This document shows positions 10,182-19,534 of a stretch of 64,000 bases of DNA, piece by piece. The stretch covers positions 199,572 through 263,571 of IMG/VR virus record IMGVR_UViG_3300029984_000001; one strand, written 5' to 3'. The translations under genes were made by a program, and so were the position numbers. How positions within the stretch are numbered: the stretch's first letter is position 1; every line of letters starts with the position of its first letter. The notes under the pieces were generated by a model, which was not told the DNA's origin, ran no database searches, and saw only the letters and a list, made by a program, of their open reading frames with translations.

Positions 10182-10964
10182 ATGAGCTTTGGAGACGTAG
10201 GGAATTATAATAACAACAATAAAAAAGAGGATTACAGAGTTACGACTTATTCAATGAATACATTTAGTAATTTAAATAGTGAGGTTGAAAAGTCTAAATT
10301 ATCATTTACTTTTTGGAAAGGAATGTTAAAGATATCTATAGCACCACTTTTACCATCTAATGATGATAGTGTTAAATTTAACTATGACGATGAATCATCG
10401 ATTTATTTATCACCATCTTTAGCGTATCAATTAGATAAACAAATAGAAGTATTTATGAAAGATCCGACACAATTTGAAAGTAAAGGTATTAAGACTAGAA
10501 GTTTAGGTGTAATTAAAATAATTAGAGGAACTAAGTTTGGGATTGAAGCTCCTTTATTATTAATTGAAAAATTAGATGAAAACAGAAATGTGGTAGGCGG
10601 TCATCTATATGAATTTAATACTAAAGAATATTATGGAATTGATAACTTTGACGAAGATGAATTTACATTTGAAAAGACTTACTTCGAACAATTAGAAATT
10701 GATTTCTTAAAGATAACTCTTAAAGGATTCTATGAAAGTTCAACTGGAGCACAAGCATATTTTAATATGGATTATTCAAGATTCGATCAAAATAGAGTTA
10801 TGGGTAAATTAAACGGTATATCATCTGCTCTTGGTATTGAGAATAAGAAAGGATATAACAAGAATTATGGTGGAGGTGTAAAGAATGATCCATTTAATTC
10901 TAATTCATCTAAGTCGAATGATAATGAATTTAACTATGATGATATAGAAAATCAATTTGAATAA
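10182..10964 (+). CDS. Putative ssDNA-binding protein (PC4/Whirly-like)
   Basis: Beta-rich core KLSFTFWKGMLKISIAP...SIYLSP, G/N-rich linker, acidic-aromatic tail EFNYDDIENQFE. Confidence 0.4.
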   Translation: MSFGDVGNYNNNNKKEDYRVTTYSMNTFSNLNSEVEKSKLSFTFWKGMLKISIAPLLPSNDDSVKFNYDDESSIYLSPSLAYQLDKQIEVFMKDPTQFESKGIKTRSLGVIKIIRGTKFGIEAPLLLIEKLDENRNVVGGHLYEFNTKEYYGIDNFDEDEFTFEKTYFEQLEIDFLKITLKGFYESSTGAQAYFNMDYSRFDQNRVMGKLNGISSALGIENKKGYNKNYGGGVKNDPFNSNSSKSNDNEFNYDDIENQFE

Positions 10965-11016
10965 AAATATTTTAAATGGGACTAATAATCCCATTTATTT
11001 TTATCGAGGTGAAATA

Positions 11017-11595
11017 ATGCAAGATTTATTATTTTCTTTTAATTCAATATTTGATATTGAATTTGGTTTATATAAATTAATAATGAAAGAATATGATGAA
11101 GATTACTTTAAATTTATATTACAAGATGATGAATATTTAAAGACTATAATTGTATTTAGAGATAATCCTAACCCATTATCGAAAATTGTAACTTCTAATA
11201 CTAAAGATAAGATGAATGAATTGTTTGAAGAATTTATGAAAACTCAATATGATAAAATATTGGATAATGTCTGTACAACAGATTTGTTTATACTTTTGAA
11301 TTCGTTAAAGAATACCAATAGATTTAATCCTATAATACTATGTAAAAATAAAAAAGAAGAACAATTATGTATAGAGAAAAACCTAAATCCTGTATTATAT
11401 GAAAATACAATAAATTGGACTGAACTATCAGAAAGATATGATACGATGTATTTTAGATATTTTGAGGAATTAGATTTATTACAAATACAAGGAAAAAATA
11501 TATACTTCTCTAATACAATATTTAATATAATTAACAAGGACAAGCTATTATCTATAAATAACACGATAAGGTTTATAGATTTGTATAGGTTATAA
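11017..11595 (+). CDS. Hypothetical protein (possibly a degenerate HAD fold)
   Basis: SD gaggtg; N-terminal LLFSFNSIFD strand lacks canonical DxD. Confidence 0.55.
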   Translation: MQDLLFSFNSIFDIEFGLYKLIMKEYDEDYFKFILQDDEYLKTIIVFRDNPNPLSKIVTSNTKDKMNELFEEFMKTQYDKILDNVCTTDLFILLNSLKNTNRFNPIILCKNKKEEQLCIEKNLNPVLYENTINWTELSERYDTMYFRYFEELDLLQIQGKNIYFSNTIFNIINKDKLLSINNTIRFIDLYRL

Positions 11596-11616
11596 AATTT
11601 TAGGAGGAATAATAAT

Positions 11617-13536
11617 ATGAAAATCGTAAAGAATAATGTAATTAATAAGGAAGCAACGAGATTATTTCAATCAGAGACATTAAAAGGATTAGCAGAATCA
11701 ATAATAACTTCAGCAGGACCACAAGGATCAGGTACTAAAATAATATTACATTTAGCAAACGATCCAGAGAGTCCTAATAGAAATGTACCTATAGTTAAAT
11801 ATAGTAAAGATGGTCATAGTATCTTAAGTTATATATCTCATTGTGATAATGGAATGCTTTGCAACTCTGTATGTAACGATGTTTATGAAATGACTACTTA
11901 TGTAAAGAAGAAAATTGGAGATAATTCAACCGCTACTGTATGTATGGCTTCACGAATATTTGATAATCTTGTTAAAGTAGAAACCGATACAAAACTTCCT
12001 CCAAGAGAAATAATCAAACAATTTAAAAAAGCTGTTGAAATGATTACAGTTAGAGTAAAAGAAAAAACACAAGAATTTACTCCTGAAGAAGCTTATAATA
12101 TTGCATACATATCTTCTAATGGTGATGAAGAAGTTGCAAATAACATAAAACAAATTTACGAAGAATTTGGTAAAGAAGTATATATAGATATTGGAATTTC
12201 GAATGATGAACAACATAAAATGAAAATAATGGATGGTATGAGTATTAGTACTGGATACAATAGTCCTGCTTATCGAAATGATTTGCAAAAGAATATTGCA
12301 TCTATTCCAAAACCAAGAATATACTATTTCCAAAATATGATTGATACTCCTGCTCAAATTGCATTATTAGCAGCAATTGTTGTAAAAAATATAACAGATC
12401 CTTACAGAACTAATAAATTAGAAAATGTAATTCCTACAGTAATATTAGCACCACAATTAGCTAATGATGCTATCGTTGAATTAAATGAAGTTATTAGACT
12501 TATGCAAATGTATGATAAACCTGAACATATTAAGAACAAACCACCGTTATTAATTGTTACTGGGATATTTGAAGATGAGGCCACAGATGATATTGCTAGA
12601 TTGTGTGGATGTCCTCCTATTAGAAAATATCAAAGTTTAGAACAACTAGAAAAAGATAAAGAATCAGGTAAAGCTCCTACTACTGAAACTATTGTAGATA
12701 ATTGGTATGGAAGTGCTGATGTAGTTGTAGCTGATGCTGTTAGTACTAAATTTATTAATCCATTATTAAAATATACAACTAAAGGTGAAGAGAGAAAAAG
12801 AGTATGTGAACAAAATAAAGAGAAATTTGTTCCTGCTGAAGATGATAATGAAGAAATCTTCAGTGCTCATTATAATTCATTAGTTACTGCATTAGAAGCT
12901 CAATTGGAATTAGAAATAAATAATAATGCTACTATGGATATTACAGGTTCATTAACTAGAAGAATCAATTCATTAAAAGCTAAAGTCGTAGAATATCAAG
13001 TTGGTGGTATTGCAATAGCTGATAGAGATTCTTTAAAAGATTCAGTTTGGGATGCTATAAGAAATTGTAGATCAGCGGCTAAATCTGGTGTTGGATTAGC
13101 ATGTAATATGGAAGGTTATTTTGCTTGTCTAGAAATATTGAACAATACAAAAGCAGATGATGATTCTACAGTTATCAAATTTGTAGAAATGATTCATGAT
13201 TCTTATGTAGAATATATATCTTCATTATATGAATTTACATTTGGTATTGATAAAGATGAATGTTTAAGATTATTAGAAACTAATTCTAGAACAAATGGAA
13301 TAGTAGATTTATCTCAAGGATATGATAAAGAAACTGTAGATAAGGTGATATACAATACAAAAATTAAATCATCTATAAATGCAGATATAGTTACATTAGA
13401 AGCTTTATCTAAAATATTATCTTTAATGATGACATGTGCTCAAACTCTTATACCAGAACCATTATTAGATTCATATACAGCATTTGTAGATAATAGAAAA
13501 ATTCAAGATAAATTAGTTAAAACATGTAGACTATAA
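11617..13536 (+). CDS. groEL: Phage chaperonin (GroEL-like, divergent)
   Basis: SAGPQG, SKDGHSIL, IGDNSTAT (GDGTTT equivalent), AYISSNGD, DAIRNCRSAAKSGV. Confidence 0.9.
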   Translation: MKIVKNNVINKEATRLFQSETLKGLAESIITSAGPQGSGTKIILHLANDPESPNRNVPIVKYSKDGHSILSYISHCDNGMLCNSVCNDVYEMTTYVKKKIGDNSTATVCMASRIFDNLVKVETDTKLPPREIIKQFKKAVEMITVRVKEKTQEFTPEEAYNIAYISSNGDEEVANNIKQIYEEFGKEVYIDIGISNDEQHKMKIMDGMSISTGYNSPAYRNDLQKNIASIPKPRIYYFQNMIDTPAQIALLAAIVVKNITDPYRTNKLENVIPTVILAPQLANDAIVELNEVIRLMQMYDKPEHIKNKPPLLIVTGIFEDEATDDIARLCGCPPIRKYQSLEQLEKDKESGKAPTTETIVDNWYGSADVVVADAVSTKFINPLLKYTTKGEERKRVCEQNKEKFVPAEDDNEEIFSAHYNSLVTALEAQLELEINNNATMDITGSLTRRINSLKAKVVEYQVGGIAIADRDSLKDSVWDAIRNCRSAAKSGVGLACNMEGYFACLEILNNTKADDDSTVIKFVEMIHDSYVEYISSLYEFTFGIDKDECLRLLETNSRTNGIVDLSQGYDKETVDKVIYNTKIKSSINADIVTLEALSKILSLMMTCAQTLIPEPLLDSYTAFVDNRKIQDKLVKTCRL

Positions 13537-13548
13537 TAATTAAAGTAT

Positions 13549-13580
13549 TACCGATGGATTAGTTTCCATCGGTTATTTTT
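13549..13580 (+). terminator. Rho-independent terminator
   Basis: accgatgga-ttagtt-tccatcggt followed by tattttt. Confidence 0.75.
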
Positions 13581-13591
13581 ACGGAGGTGTT

Positions 13592-14389
13592 GTGTTAATG
13601 GAAATGTCGTTCCCCGATTATATTGATAATCCTTCAGGAAGTAAAAATGGTGTATGGACTCATAGAACAATGTATAAAGATATGTATAATCAAAAACTTA
13701 CTAAGATATTAGTAAGAGAAACTGGTAAGATTAAATATCAACAATATGTATATAAAGACAATTACATTGTTCATTTTAAAATACCATCAGAAGTGATACC
13801 TGATTTCTATTATGATACTGTAATAGAGTTTTCTCCTGTAGATCAAATGATGATCAATAGTAACAATCTTAAAAGATATAATGTTAAATTTTATTCTAAC
13901 GATCCTGCTTTTGTATTCACATTCGCTTATTCGTTTTTACAGAATGATATGTTTATAAGAGACCTAGTTCCAAGAATGAGTAAAGAGGCTGTTAAAAAAG
14001 CTGCTGTACAAACTAACCCTAAGAATGAAGTTGGTTATGTAAAGTCTATTTATTTTACTTATATACTAATGGATAAATATAATCTATGGAATGCACAGGA
14101 TTATAAACAATATGGTAAAATATATTCAAAATCATCATTCTTAAAAGAAATTACTCATGCAGATGAAAAAGTAAAAGATAGAACTGATCAACAAGAAAAA
14201 ATTAATAAAGAGAAAAAAATAGACAAAGAGAAATTAAAGAATAGATCTAAATCAAATCCTAAAAATGTAACGAGTAGTAATAATGTTACAACTTCAAATA
14301 ATATAAAGAATAATTCTAAATCTAAAAATGTTAGTACAATTAAAAACATAGGAAAAAGTAAAGGTAATGTCAATTTTAATAAGTTTTAG
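13592..14389 (+). CDS. Conserved-looking hypothetical protein with basic low-complexity tail
   Basis: 265-aa ORF with SD ggaggt. Confidence 0.7.
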   Translation: MLMEMSFPDYIDNPSGSKNGVWTHRTMYKDMYNQKLTKILVRETGKIKYQQYVYKDNYIVHFKIPSEVIPDFYYDTVIEFSPVDQMMINSNNLKRYNVKFYSNDPAFVFTFAYSFLQNDMFIRDLVPRMSKEAVKKAAVQTNPKNEVGYVKSIYFTYILMDKYNLWNAQDYKQYGKIYSKSSFLKEITHADEKVKDRTDQQEKINKEKKIDKEKLKNRSKSNPKNVTSSNNVTTSNNIKNNSKSKNVSTIKNIGKSKGNVNFNKF

Positions 14390-14391
14390 AA

Positions 14392-14410
14392 TTATATATT
14401 ATACTATTGA
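14392..14410 (+). promoter_or_regulatory. Early-type promoter TTATATATTATA-N4-TGA
   Basis: ttatatattata ctat tga; motif recurs 10 times in the window. Confidence 0.65.
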
Positions 14411-14424
14411 GGAGGGATTATATT

Positions 14425-15939
14425 ATGAAAAAATTTATGACTAGAGAACCTATTAAAAAATTCATTAATGTTTCAGATTGGGAACCTGAACCAGAAGACA
14501 TAATAATAAATCAGATAAACGATTATGTATTAATTCCTGTATCTAAATACTTTAATGCAGATCAAACAATGGATTATTTTTCAGTAAGATCAAAGAAAGT
14601 TTATAATAAAATTAAAGTAAGAGCTTTAATAGTACATAAACTTAATTATTTCGAAAAGTTCTATGATACTGATAGAGAGTTATTAACTGTTTATGCTAAT
14701 ATTAAATACCTTATTGATTGTGAACCGAATTATAGTAAAGATGCATTGTTCTATGATCTCAAAAGATACATAATAAATGGACCATCCATATCATTAAAAA
14801 TGGATTATATGAATAAGGATAATTATAGACCAGCTAAAATTAAATTTAGTGGTACAGATAGGTTATTATATTATGATAATACTCATATAGCTATAATGAT
14901 GAGGATATCATTAACAATGACATTAATTATTCCTTTATTAACACACTTCGCTAATAAAAGGAAAGTTCAAATAATAGATGAATTTCTATTAGAAATATAC
15001 AGTTACATAATAAAGGAGTATGAAGATTTTGTAGATTTATTTGAAAAATTTACAGCAACTTGTTCTACTAATATAGCTAAGAATAAAAGAAACAATGCTA
15101 TATGGAATAACCAAGACATAAGAGCTATTAATCAATCAACACATGCAATATATTCTGTCAATAATATTATACTTAATCTTATGCCTAAGTATATATATAA
15201 TGATAGTCCAGTTACGCTTAATTATGCTAGTATAGGACAGGTAATAAAATATAAGGTAACCGACGCAGGATATGATTTTGCATATACTTCTTTATCATCT
15301 TCAGATAGGGATTTAGATGAAAATTCGTCTCTAGACAAATATGAGGCAATTCTTGTAAAAAGTGACGAATCACTATTCATTCAGAATAAGGTTAATGGTG
15401 CTACTACAATGTCTAGAATAAGAATGTATTTTGGTCCTTTCGATCAAAATGAAATTGAGTTCTATAGAAAAAGACTTTTATTAGATGATAAGAGTGTTAT
15501 ACATGCTTTACAAAAAGAATTAATTTTTAATATGTTCTATAAATACTTTGGTGATACTTCCTCTAGTAATACTATAACAGAAGATGATTATATAGTATTA
15601 TTATTAACAGCTAAGAAGATTTGTTTACAATCAGACTTACTTGTTTTACCTTGTGTGTTTAGTAGTAAGATAATCAAATATACAAAGAAAACAAAGTTAA
15701 ATAAAAAAGAAAAAGATAGGATGATTGCTTCTCCTATTTATAAAATGATTATGGAGAAATATAATAATAATAAAAAGGTAGAAGCTCAAATAGAAGAATG
15801 GGCAGCCACTATATTATCATGTGAATTTGAAATTATAGATAGTAATAGAGAATCAAATAGTACTGATTATGTTGTACTACCTAAGTTTCCTGATTATGTA
15901 GTAAATGAGGTATTGAAATTTGCTTCTTGGGTATCATAA
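14425..15939 (+). CDS. Candidate promoter-specificity (sigma-like) subunit of the non-virion RNAP, AR9 gp226-like
   Basis: About 500-aa helical protein under an early-type promoter, two genes downstream of the chaperonin as with AR9 gp228/gp226; called from synteny, not alignment. Confidence 0.5.
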   Translation: MKKFMTREPIKKFINVSDWEPEPEDIIINQINDYVLIPVSKYFNADQTMDYFSVRSKKVYNKIKVRALIVHKLNYFEKFYDTDRELLTVYANIKYLIDCEPNYSKDALFYDLKRYIINGPSISLKMDYMNKDNYRPAKIKFSGTDRLLYYDNTHIAIMMRISLTMTLIIPLLTHFANKRKVQIIDEFLLEIYSYIIKEYEDFVDLFEKFTATCSTNIAKNKRNNAIWNNQDIRAINQSTHAIYSVNNIILNLMPKYIYNDSPVTLNYASIGQVIKYKVTDAGYDFAYTSLSSSDRDLDENSSLDKYEAILVKSDESLFIQNKVNGATTMSRIRMYFGPFDQNEIEFYRKRLLLDDKSVIHALQKELIFNMFYKYFGDTSSSNTITEDDYIVLLLTAKKICLQSDLLVLPCVFSSKIIKYTKKTKLNKKEKDRMIASPIYKMIMEKYNNNKKVEAQIEEWAATILSCEFEIIDSNRESNSTDYVVLPKFPDYVVNEVLKFASWVS

Positions 15940-16986
15940 ATGGATAACAATACAATTGATAGGATAAATGAACAATTATTACGTTTACCGTCTGCTGAAT
16001 ACGCTCAGGGGAATTCGTGGATAATTGCAAGATGTAAAAATTGTCAAGATTCATTAAATCCTAATCATAAACATTTCGGTATTCATATACCCCAACACGA
16101 GAATGATGTTTATTACTACAATTGTTTTAAATGTCATGATGCTGGACAACTTTCAACTGACAATCTTATAGCATGGGGAATTTATGATTTAGATGTTATA
16201 GAAGGATTATCTAAATGGAATAAAAGGGTATTATCAAGACCAGAGAATAGAATGTATAAAGATCAAACTTATATAGTTAAAAATAATCATATAACTCAAA
16301 GTAGATTGACTGATGCTAAGTTGAATTATATTAATAATAGGCTCGGTATCAATATGACATATCAAGATATATTAGATAAGAAGATTATACTTAATCTTCA
16401 TGATTTCTTAATAGAAAATCATATAACAAGATTCTCTAGAAATCCTAATGTTGTAGATCAATTAGACAAAGCATTCTTGGGATTCTTATCCCAAGATAAT
16501 GCTTTTATTAATATGAGAAGATTAATAAATGAAGATAAGCTTATGAAACCATTACATAAAAGATATGTCAATTATAATATATTTGGCAAGTTTGATAATT
16601 CTCAAAGATACTATACAATACCAACTATAATAAGATTAGATAATCCAAAGAGAATTAAATTAAAAATTGCAGAAGGACCTTTTGATTTATTATCTATATT
16701 TTATAATATGTGTGACCAAGAAATAGATAATTGTATTTACTCTGCAATTACAGGTAGTAGTTATTTAAAAGTATTAGAATACTTTATAATAAAGAAAAAG
16801 TTAATAAATATAGAAGCAGATATATATACTGATAAAGATATATCTGATGCAAAGATGTATGACATTAAACAAATACTAAACGTATTTGGTATACCTTTAA
16901 CTGTGCATCGTAATATAGCTCCAAATCAAAAAGACTTTGGTGTTAAGTCATCACAGATACAAGATAAGATAATATATTTAGGATAG
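15940..16986 (+). CDS. dnaG: DNA primase (DnaG/TOPRIM type)
   Basis: Zn-binding CKNC...H...CFKC; TOPRIM IAEGPFD, YTDKD, KDFG. Confidence 0.85.
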   Translation: MDNNTIDRINEQLLRLPSAEYAQGNSWIIARCKNCQDSLNPNHKHFGIHIPQHENDVYYYNCFKCHDAGQLSTDNLIAWGIYDLDVIEGLSKWNKRVLSRPENRMYKDQTYIVKNNHITQSRLTDAKLNYINNRLGINMTYQDILDKKIILNLHDFLIENHITRFSRNPNVVDQLDKAFLGFLSQDNAFINMRRLINEDKLMKPLHKRYVNYNIFGKFDNSQRYYTIPTIIRLDNPKRIKLKIAEGPFDLLSIFYNMCDQEIDNCIYSAITGSSYLKVLEYFIIKKKLINIEADIYTDKDISDAKMYDIKQILNVFGIPLTVHRNIAPNQKDFGVKSSQIQDKIIYLG

Positions 16987-17022
16987 GGTTCGTCTCTATC
17001 CTTATTTTAAGGAGGAAAAATA

Positions 17023-17344
17023 ATGGTATACATAATTAATGATAATAATGTGAAAGAATTATTAGAAAGCAATGATATTAAATTTAAATCTTTTGAAACG
17101 GTAATTAGATGCATTTTGTGATGAAGAAGCTACATATAGAATTGATCAATTTGAAGATGATTTTAAAGAAAAATTTACAGAAGAAGCCAAAGATAAATTA
17201 CAGTGTAATTTATCTAATATATATAATGATAATAATGAAAGTTTTATAAATTCAGATGAATTATATAATCTATCATGTAATGAGATAGATGATTTTATAG
17301 AAAGTCATAGAGGCAAAATGCAAATATTTATGACTAGAGAATAA
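17023..17344 (+). pseudogene. Frameshifted acidic hypothetical gene
   Basis: SD aaggagg plus ATG at 17023; frame stops at 17121 but the +1 frame continues DAFCDEEATYRI...MQIFMTRE* to 17344. Confidence 0.6.
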
Positions 17345-17369
17345 GTATTTATTATAGGGGGATTATAAA

Positions 17370-17849
17370 ATGATAGAGAATGCAAATATGAAATGTTTTG
17401 GAAAATGGTCTTTTGAAGATATGGGATGTATGCAATGTACTCACGAATCTGATTGTTCTGCTAATAAAAGAGAAAATGAATTAGCTTATAAAAGAACTAT
17501 AAAAGATTTTAGATGTTGGAATTGTTCTGATATAATAAAATGTAACCAAACAATTAAAAATTGTTTTGGTTTTATTAATAGAACATGTGATAATAGATGT
17601 AAATGTTGGTATGAATGTCAACGTAACCAATATTTAATATCAATAAAGGTTGAATGTATAAAACCAATCATAATGAAGACTGAGCATTATGAACCTTATA
17701 ATTTTATTGAAGGGAATACTTATATATTTAGTATTACAAAAGATGGTATGTTATTATCAGGTGGAACTTATTATGATATAATATTAGGTAGAAAGAAACC
17801 TTATAATAAATTAAACATCTTTGATAAATATTTTAAAATAATTGAATAA
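17370..17849 (+). CDS. Cys-rich hypothetical protein
   Basis: Repeated CFG-x-C-x2-C-x5-C type clusters. Confidence 0.7.
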   Translation: MIENANMKCFGKWSFEDMGCMQCTHESDCSANKRENELAYKRTIKDFRCWNCSDIIKCNQTIKNCFGFINRTCDNRCKCWYECQRNQYLISIKVECIKPIIMKTEHYEPYNFIEGNTYIFSITKDGMLLSGGTYYDIILGRKKPYNKLNIFDKYFKIIE

Positions 17850-17851
17850 TT

Positions 17852-17882
17852 AATAAGAGGGATTTATCCCTCTTATATTTTA
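17852..17882 (+). terminator. Rho-independent terminator
   Basis: ataagaggga-ttta-tccctcttat followed by T tract. Confidence 0.75.
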
Positions 17883-17916
17883 TGTCAAAATAATTTGTAA
17901 GAGTTCGATCCTATAG

Positions 17917-17935
17917 TTGTATATTATACTAATGA
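17917..17935 (+). promoter_or_regulatory. Early-type promoter
   Basis: ttgtatattata ctaa tga. Confidence 0.65.
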
Positions 17936-17998
17936 ATAATAAAAGAAATTATCAAAAATTAATATAGAATTATATAATCGAAAGGAAAGAATGTAAAA

Positions 17999-18250
17999 AT
18001 GCACAAATATTATAGTGTAGAACAATTTTTAGAAATGCAAGATAAATGTAAAGAAAAGGTAAAGAAAATAGTAGAGGAAATACTAATAGAGAAAAAAGGT
18101 TTAGTTAATATAGACTTTGAAAAAGATGTATACAGAAGAATTGGTGTGATTTATAGATCGTCAACTGAAGATGAAAAAATACTTATTGATGATGTAATTA
18201 AAGAAGTAAGATGTATGATAGTTAAATTAAGAGAAGGTAGGGTGTTTTAA
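17999..18250 (+). CDS. Hypothetical protein
   Basis: First ORF after the early-type promoter. Confidence 0.65.
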   Translation: MHKYYSVEQFLEMQDKCKEKVKKIVEEILIEKKGLVNIDFEKDVYRRIGVIYRSSTEDEKILIDDVIKEVRCMIVKLREGRVF

Positions 18251-18251
18251 T

Positions 18252-18620
18252 ATGAATAAAGAAATAGTAATAATTAAATTGGTAGAAAAATATAGTAAGG
18301 ATGATTGCTTATTAAGTACTATAGCAGATACATTAAAATCTTGTAGTAGGTATGTTGATTTAATAACACAACAAGAAGTATTAGTTACAGTAGAAAAATA
18401 CAATATGTCTAAAGATGATTTATTAGAAAAAATTACATCTTTAGATAAACAAAGAAGAACTACACATAATGTTATTATAAGTGGGATTAAATTGATTAAT
18501 AGATTATGTGTACTAAATAAGTTGGATAAATTCTATCAAGGAGACGAAAGTGATAGATATGAAATAGCAGATTTTGCAATGGAATTGGTAACGTCTAATT
18601 TTACAAATAGAAAAAAATAA
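18252..18620 (+). CDS. DUF3232-like protein
   Basis: LDKQRRTTHNVII...INRL...GDESDRYEIADFA pattern. Confidence 0.6.
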   Translation: MNKEIVIIKLVEKYSKDDCLLSTIADTLKSCSRYVDLITQQEVLVTVEKYNMSKDDLLEKITSLDKQRRTTHNVIISGIKLINRLCVLNKLDKFYQGDESDRYEIADFAMELVTSNFTNRKK

Positions 18621-18641
18621 TAAGAAGGAGTACAAAATAAT

Positions 18642-18920
18642 ATGAAAAAAGAAATAGTAATAATGATAGAGAATATAGAAGAGGAATATAAAATAAGAAT
18701 GGTAGATCTTTTTCTAGAGATTGAAGATATGGGATTTGAATGTAAAAAGATTATTTTATCACGTATTGATATTAATATATGGATAGGTAAAAAAGATTCT
18801 ATATCTATATTATGTAATTATTTAAAAGATCATGGATGTAATATTATTCAGATCAAAAATATATTAAACGAATGGGGATTAGACGTATTAGAAAAAATAC
18901 TAAAATCTAAGGAGAATTAA
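18642..18920 (+). CDS. Small helical paralog 1
   Basis: LCNYLKDHGCNIIQIKNILNEW motif. Confidence 0.7.
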   Translation: MKKEIVIMIENIEEEYKIRMVDLFLEIEDMGFECKKIILSRIDINIWIGKKDSISILCNYLKDHGCNIIQIKNILNEWGLDVLEKILKSKEN

Positions 18921-18921
18921 C

Positions 18922-19185
18922 ATGGGAGGAAAACGAATAGATGAAAAAAAGAATGATATCGAATTAGAGTTTTCTGATAGATTAGATTCTTTATATTTAA
19001 ATTTAGGACAGGTAGCTAGAATGTGTAGGTTAGCTGCATTAAATAATAACAAAGAAAATATATTTATAGGAGAAGGTAATTTTACTAACTTCTGTAAACA
19101 ATTAAGAGAAGCAGGATATAATTATATAGAGATTAATAAATATTTAGTTAAATGGAAAAATCAACTTTTTACAAAAATAAAATAA
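18922..19185 (+). CDS. Small helical paralog 2
   Basis: FCKQLREAGYNYIEINKYLVKWKN motif. Confidence 0.7.
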   Translation: MGGKRIDEKKNDIELEFSDRLDSLYLNLGQVARMCRLAALNNNKENIFIGEGNFTNFCKQLREAGYNYIEINKYLVKWKNQLFTKIK

Positions 19186-19198
19186 AGGAAAGGATAAT

Positions 19199-19534
19199 AT
19201 GAAATATAATAAGTATGAGGATAAGGATATTGATGCTAAGATATTAACGAAAAAGACTATGATATTGTTTGAGTATTTGTCAAATGGAAATGATTTAAAG
19301 GAGGTATTACCAGTCGTTAATAATTTTATATCTTTATGTAATGTAGTCTCTACATCTCAACGTTTTGATGAATTTTGTAGAAATGTAGATGAATCTGTGA
19401 TATCAGATGATTCTATATTAAATCTTTGTTTATACTTGAGAAGAAATTGTTATACTCATGATACAATAAAAATAATATTAGAACAATGGAAAAATGAAAT
19501 TAATGAAATAAAATATAGGAGTGAATTATTATGA
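19199..19534 (+). CDS. Small helical paralog 3
   Basis: LCLYLRRNCYTHDTIKIILEQWKN motif. Confidence 0.7.
   Translation: MKYNKYEDKDIDAKILTKKTMILFEYLSNGNDLKEVLPVVNNFISLCNVVSTSQRFDEFCRNVDESVISDDSILNLCLYLRRNCYTHDTIKIILEQWKNEINEIKYRSELL

Noticed and set aside
17898-17915. gagttcgatcct resembles a tRNA T-loop
   Set aside because: No acceptor, D or anticodon stems can be built around it
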